From contig CAXBME010000001.1 in assembly GCA_963976765.1 (NCBI GenBank), positions 248,001 through 312,000 of the forward strand: a DNA stretch of 64,000 bases, in the 5' to 3' direction. Below are positions 60,561 through 64,000 of the stretch, piece after piece; position 1 is the stretch's first letter, and each line of letters opens with the position of its first letter. Under the pieces are notes generated by a model that was not told the origin of the DNA, did not search any database, and saw nothing but the letters and a program-made list of their open reading frames with translations. This DNA comes from an uncultured Planctomycetaceae bacterium (GTDB taxonomy: Bacteria; Planctomycetota; Planctomycetia; Planctomycetales; Planctomycetaceae). The translations under genes were made by a program, and so were the position numbers.

Positions 60561-61343
60561 ATGACGGAAGTGGTCGAGGGAGACCTTTATGACTATCCGG
60601 TTTATTACGACCTGATTTTCGGATCCGACTGGCGTGCAGAGTTTGACTTTCTGACAGCGTGCTTCGACCGCTTTGCAGGACGTCCGGTTCGCCGAATCTT
60701 CGAGCCGGCGTGCGGCACCGGTCGGCTGCTTTATCGGATGGCCCAGGCGGGTTACGAAGTTTCCGGCAACGATCTGAACTCCAACGCGATCGACTTCTGC
60801 AACAAGCGTTTCAAAAAGAAGGGCTTTCCAGAGACCGCCGTCGTCGAGGACATGTCCAACTTCAAGCTGAAACGAAAAGTTGATGCGGCGTTCAACACGA
60901 TCAACACGTTCCGGCACCTCGCTACGGAAAAGCAGGCGCTGGCTCATCTTCAGTGTATAGCCGATTCTTTGGTGAAAGGCGGGCTGTACATTCTCGGCCT
61001 GCATCTGATTCCGTCCAAAGGTGAGCGTCTTGAAGACGAAGCCTGGCACGCTCGACGCGGTAACCTCGCCGTCAACACTTACATGTGGAGCAAAGGGATC
61101 GACACGAAAAAACGGATGGAATACCTCGGCCTGAAAATCAACGTCTACACGCCGACGAAGCAGATGGTGATTGAGGATGAGATGCTTTACCGCACCTATT
61201 CCGCAAAACAAATGTCGTCTCTGCTGAAAAAAGTACCCGCTTTCGAGTGCGTTGGTGTTTATGATTTTGCCTACGACCTGGATCAGCCGGTGACCATCGG
61301 CCCCGACACTGAAGACGTCGTTTACATTCTGAAGAAGAAGTAG
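60561..61343 (+). CDS. Class I SAM-dependent methyltransferase
   Basis: IFEPACGTGR motif I; EDMSNF and GGLYILG motifs. Confidence 0.9.
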   Translation: MTEVVEGDLYDYPVYYDLIFGSDWRAEFDFLTACFDRFAGRPVRRIFEPACGTGRLLYRMAQAGYEVSGNDLNSNAIDFCNKRFKKKGFPETAVVEDMSNFKLKRKVDAAFNTINTFRHLATEKQALAHLQCIADSLVKGGLYILGLHLIPSKGERLEDEAWHARRGNLAVNTYMWSKGIDTKKRMEYLGLKINVYTPTKQMVIEDEMLYRTYSAKQMSSLLKKVPAFECVGVYDFAYDLDQPVTIGPDTEDVVYILKKK

Positions 61344-61356
61344 GGCGGGAACGCAC

Positions 61357-61434
61357 GGGGGCACTGCCCACCAGGTATTTGACTGGCGGTTTGTAGTGCC
61401 TCTGAAATTTGGGATTGGTGGGCGGTGCTCACCC
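61357..61434. repeat. Degenerate REP-like doublet (GGTGGGCAGTGCCCACC type)
   Basis: gggggcactgcccacca (61357-61373) is inverse to tggtgggcggtgctcaccc (61416-61434). Confidence 0.65.
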
Positions 61435-61459
61435 AGCAGCAACCTGCATCGGCAGAACT

Positions 61460-61714
61460 ATGAACGACAACCCCGAATCGACGACTCCTGAATCGAACGA
61501 TGTCCCCGACGCCAATGCGTCTAAAGACCCCTCCGTCAGTTTTGTGCAGGCTGCCGAAGAAGAGCAGCCGGGATTGCTGCGTGAGTTCGCCGAGTTTCTC
61601 GTCGAGAGCAAAGCCTGGTGGCTGACGCCGATCATTATCGTGCTGCTGCTCGTTGGGTTGCTGGTCGTTCTGAGCGGTTCGGTCGTTGCCCCGTTTATCT
61701 ACCCGATCTTCTGA
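61460..61714 (+). CDS. DUF5989 family small membrane protein
   Basis: EFAEFLVESKAWWLTPIIIVLLL...APFIYPIF. Confidence 0.85.
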   Translation: MNDNPESTTPESNDVPDANASKDPSVSFVQAAEEEQPGLLREFAEFLVESKAWWLTPIIIVLLLVGLLVVLSGSVVAPFIYPIF

Positions 61715-61819
61715 GTCATCTCGGGTGTAGAGAAACGACCGCCGAACCGGTATCGTCGATAAAAGCGTCATATGAAACGCCATCCCTGACGAAGCGTTGC
61801 GACTTGCTCGGTCGGCAGT

Positions 61820-64000
61820 CTACTGGGCAATCGGCGGCGCGATGACTCGCAGAGTGACCGAACGGCTCGGAAGCGAGACCAGCGTGTTGGGGCGGTCTTT
61901 GGCTTCAGCGTCTTTATTGAACGGAACCTGTCCCTGCCCCTGCACGGTCAGCGTGTAGTCGCCGGGCCGGGTGTTATTCTGCACGGTGATCGGAATCGTC
62001 AACTCGGTCTGGCCACCTTTGAAGCTGGTGTTCGACATCTTGAAGTTACCGGGAAACGACAACGGCTGCACGGTGACGTCCGCCTTGAAGTCGTTCCAGC
62101 GGCGAGTCAAACGCAAGGTCAGCGTGGCTTCTTTGCCGGCCTCAGCTTCAACCTGCTCGGCGGACCAGTCAAGTCGATAAGGGGCACCGTCGCGGATGGC
62201 GACGACCAGCTCGCGAGATGGGCGACTGGAATTCATCCCGGAGTTATTCCACACGCGGGAATAGGGTCGGACTTCTCGTCGGAGTGTTTCTTCTCCGCGT
62301 TGGCCGGTGGCAATGAGCTTGATCGGGCCGACGAAGTCAGCAGCGTTGTCGTCGGCGGTGATGACCAGCGTGCCTCGCGAGTTGTTATTGATCACGGTCG
62401 ATGCGACGTGCAGACCTGGTGGCAGGTTCTCGGCCGTGATCGTGATTGGTTCGTTATAGCCCTGCTGCTGATGGATGATCACGTCCATGTAAATCGAGCC
62501 GCCGCGCCAGATGGTTGTTCCGCCGGGGCCCGGGTTCTGGCTGTGAATCACGGCGGCGTAAAAGTCCGGCTGTTGTTTCTGAATGACCAGCACATACTGG
62601 TAGCGTGCTCCGCCGCGTCGATAGCGATCCTGCACGAGCACTCGGTACTTCCGCTTCTCGGAAAGATTCACCATGCCCGACGGATCACGAAGGTGTCCGT
62701 CAAAAGCGTTGATGCGATGCCCGAAGTCGTCCAGCTCGTTGATTCGGTTTCCCTTGTCATCAACGACAACGAGGTACGGATCGGCGCGGCCATTGATTCT
62801 TTCGCAGTAGACGTCAAAACCGTACTGCCCGCTTTCCGGTATTTCGAATTCGAACCAGTCGGCGTCCCGAGGCTGATCGAAACGTCCGCTGACAACCAAC
62901 GGCAGCGTCACCGGTTGAGACTGATCTTCGACGTCGTTTGGTTCAACTTCCCGAGTCACCGGCGAGTCTGTGACGAGCAGTGTCTGCGAGTTAGCCAGTC
63001 CGTCGGTCGCGGCCGCAAACTGTGTTCCTGTCAACGTACAGGTCGCAGCTGTCGGCAGCACGCTGTGGTCAGTTGGGTGCACGTCGAATCTATAGAAACC
63101 GCCGGTGGCAGTTTCATCCGGAACAGTGAAAGGAAACTTACGCTCCGAGTATGCAGTTCCGGATTCGTTCCATGAAGATTCCGTCGAGCCGTCGCCAAGG
63201 TTCCGGCCAATCGCCAACAGTTCGACGTTCTGCCCGGTCTGTACGGCGCGTGGAAAGACGTCTTCGATGTGAGGTTTGTTGGTAATCAGCAGCCGGTACG
63301 GAAAGCCGCCTCGGTACGAAAGATCGTAGACTCGCACCAGGTATTCGCCGTCAGCCGGAGCGACGAAATCGATCATCGGATCACGGCCGTTGTGATCGCT
63401 GCTGCTCGCCAGAAGTTTTCCTTCCGCAGTCGACAGCGACATCGTCGCATCCATCATGGAATCGAGTTTGCCGGCCTGGCAGTCGATCACGATCCGCTGC
63501 TCTTTCGAAGCGGCAAAGCGGAACATGTCAACATTGTTTCCGTCCGACATTCCAGCAACTGCACTATTTACGGCGACGTTCTGCGCTGTTTCGGGTTCGT
63601 TGTTTGGCTCTGTGTCGACGACGTCTGTGAGGCCTCCATCGACAGAAAAGAGTCGAGGGTTGCTGACTCCCCAGCGACCGACCAGCCGCACGTCGTAGGT
63701 CCCCGATGGGACATCCGCAGCGACTTTGATTCGAAAGTGACGATCTTTGCCGTCGACTGGTTCGGCAGTCAGTCCCGGATGGTCGAACAGCAATGAACTT
63801 ACTTCTTCAATATCACCGCCAGCGATTTCAGCATCGACGGTCGCTCCGGGCGACGCCCCCAGCGGTGTCAGTCGGTCAAAGCGGATGGATGGCAACTCGG
63901 CACGAGCATCGATTGTTGTCAGCAATGCAAAACAAGTTACAGCGAGCACGACATTTCGCCGGTTCAATTTGAAACACAAATACATTGAAATCCCTGACAT
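61820..64000 (-). CDS. Planctomycete PPC-domain repeat secreted protein (start 63985 or 64000)
   Basis: Signal peptide; repeats of EPNN/EPND...DxD(W/M)F.F...DP; WGVSNPRLF and VYDLSYRGG. Confidence 0.85.
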   Translation of the reverse strand: MSGISMYLCFKLNRRNVVLAVTCFALLTTIDARAELPSIRFDRLTPLGASPGATVDAEIAGGDIEEVSSLLFDHPGLTAEPVDGKDRHFRIKVAADVPSGTYDVRLVGRWGVSNPRLFSVDGGLTDVVDTEPNNEPETAQNVAVNSAVAGMSDGNNVDMFRFAASKEQRIVIDCQAGKLDSMMDATMSLSTAEGKLLASSSDHNGRDPMIDFVAPADGEYLVRVYDLSYRGGFPYRLLITNKPHIEDVFPRAVQTGQNVELLAIGRNLGDGSTESSWNESGTAYSERKFPFTVPDETATGGFYRFDVHPTDHSVLPTAATCTLTGTQFAAATDGLANSQTLLVTDSPVTREVEPNDVEDQSQPVTLPLVVSGRFDQPRDADWFEFEIPESGQYGFDVYCERINGRADPYLVVVDDKGNRINELDDFGHRINAFDGHLRDPSGMVNLSEKRKYRVLVQDRYRRGGARYQYVLVIQKQQPDFYAAVIHSQNPGPGGTTIWRGGSIYMDVIIHQQQGYNEPITITAENLPPGLHVASTVINNNSRGTLVITADDNAADFVGPIKLIATGQRGEETLRREVRPYSRVWNNSGMNSSRPSRELVVAIRDGAPYRLDWSAEQVEAEAGKEATLTLRLTRRWNDFKADVTVQPLSFPGNFKMSNTSFKGGQTELTIPITVQNNTRPGDYTLTVQGQGQVPFNKDAEAKDRPNTLVSLPSRSVTLRVIAPPIAQ

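Overview
Chromosomal window from a Planctomycetota bacterium, probably Planctomycetaceae. This is inferred from a DUF1549/DUF1553-DUF1501 pair, a PPC-repeat protein, a sulfatase, a PQQ-propeller protein and planctomycete-type palindromic repeats. Most of it is housekeeping and carbohydrate genes (fbp, class II aldolase, pgi, glgP, mutY, mnmE-like, punA, rsmE, hrpA, GH16, BNR protein). I recognised no rRNA, tRNA, CRISPR array or transposase. Unusual elements: (1) a GxxExxY gene enclosed by four alternating ~33-bp repeats whose variants pair in a nested way, plus solo repeat doublets of similar design elsewhere; (2) an adjacent GC-rich TIR-STAND-TPR (NLR-like) gene carrying two REP-like palindromic doublets inside its coding sequence, one with a single extra base exactly at its frameshift; (3) a 1297-aa protein with a canonical voltage-sensor domain (8 Arg at i+3) and no adjacent pore; (4) two secreted TPR proteins (782 and 2446 aa) sharing a repeated beta-sandwich module with nested discoidin/PA14-like inserts, followed by an orphan ExbB/MotA; (5) a LexA with an altered cleavage site and catalytic Lys->Arg; (6) a truncated TIR gene beside a Clp-N-like ORF at the left edge. 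All family calls are by-eye motif recognition; no searches were run.
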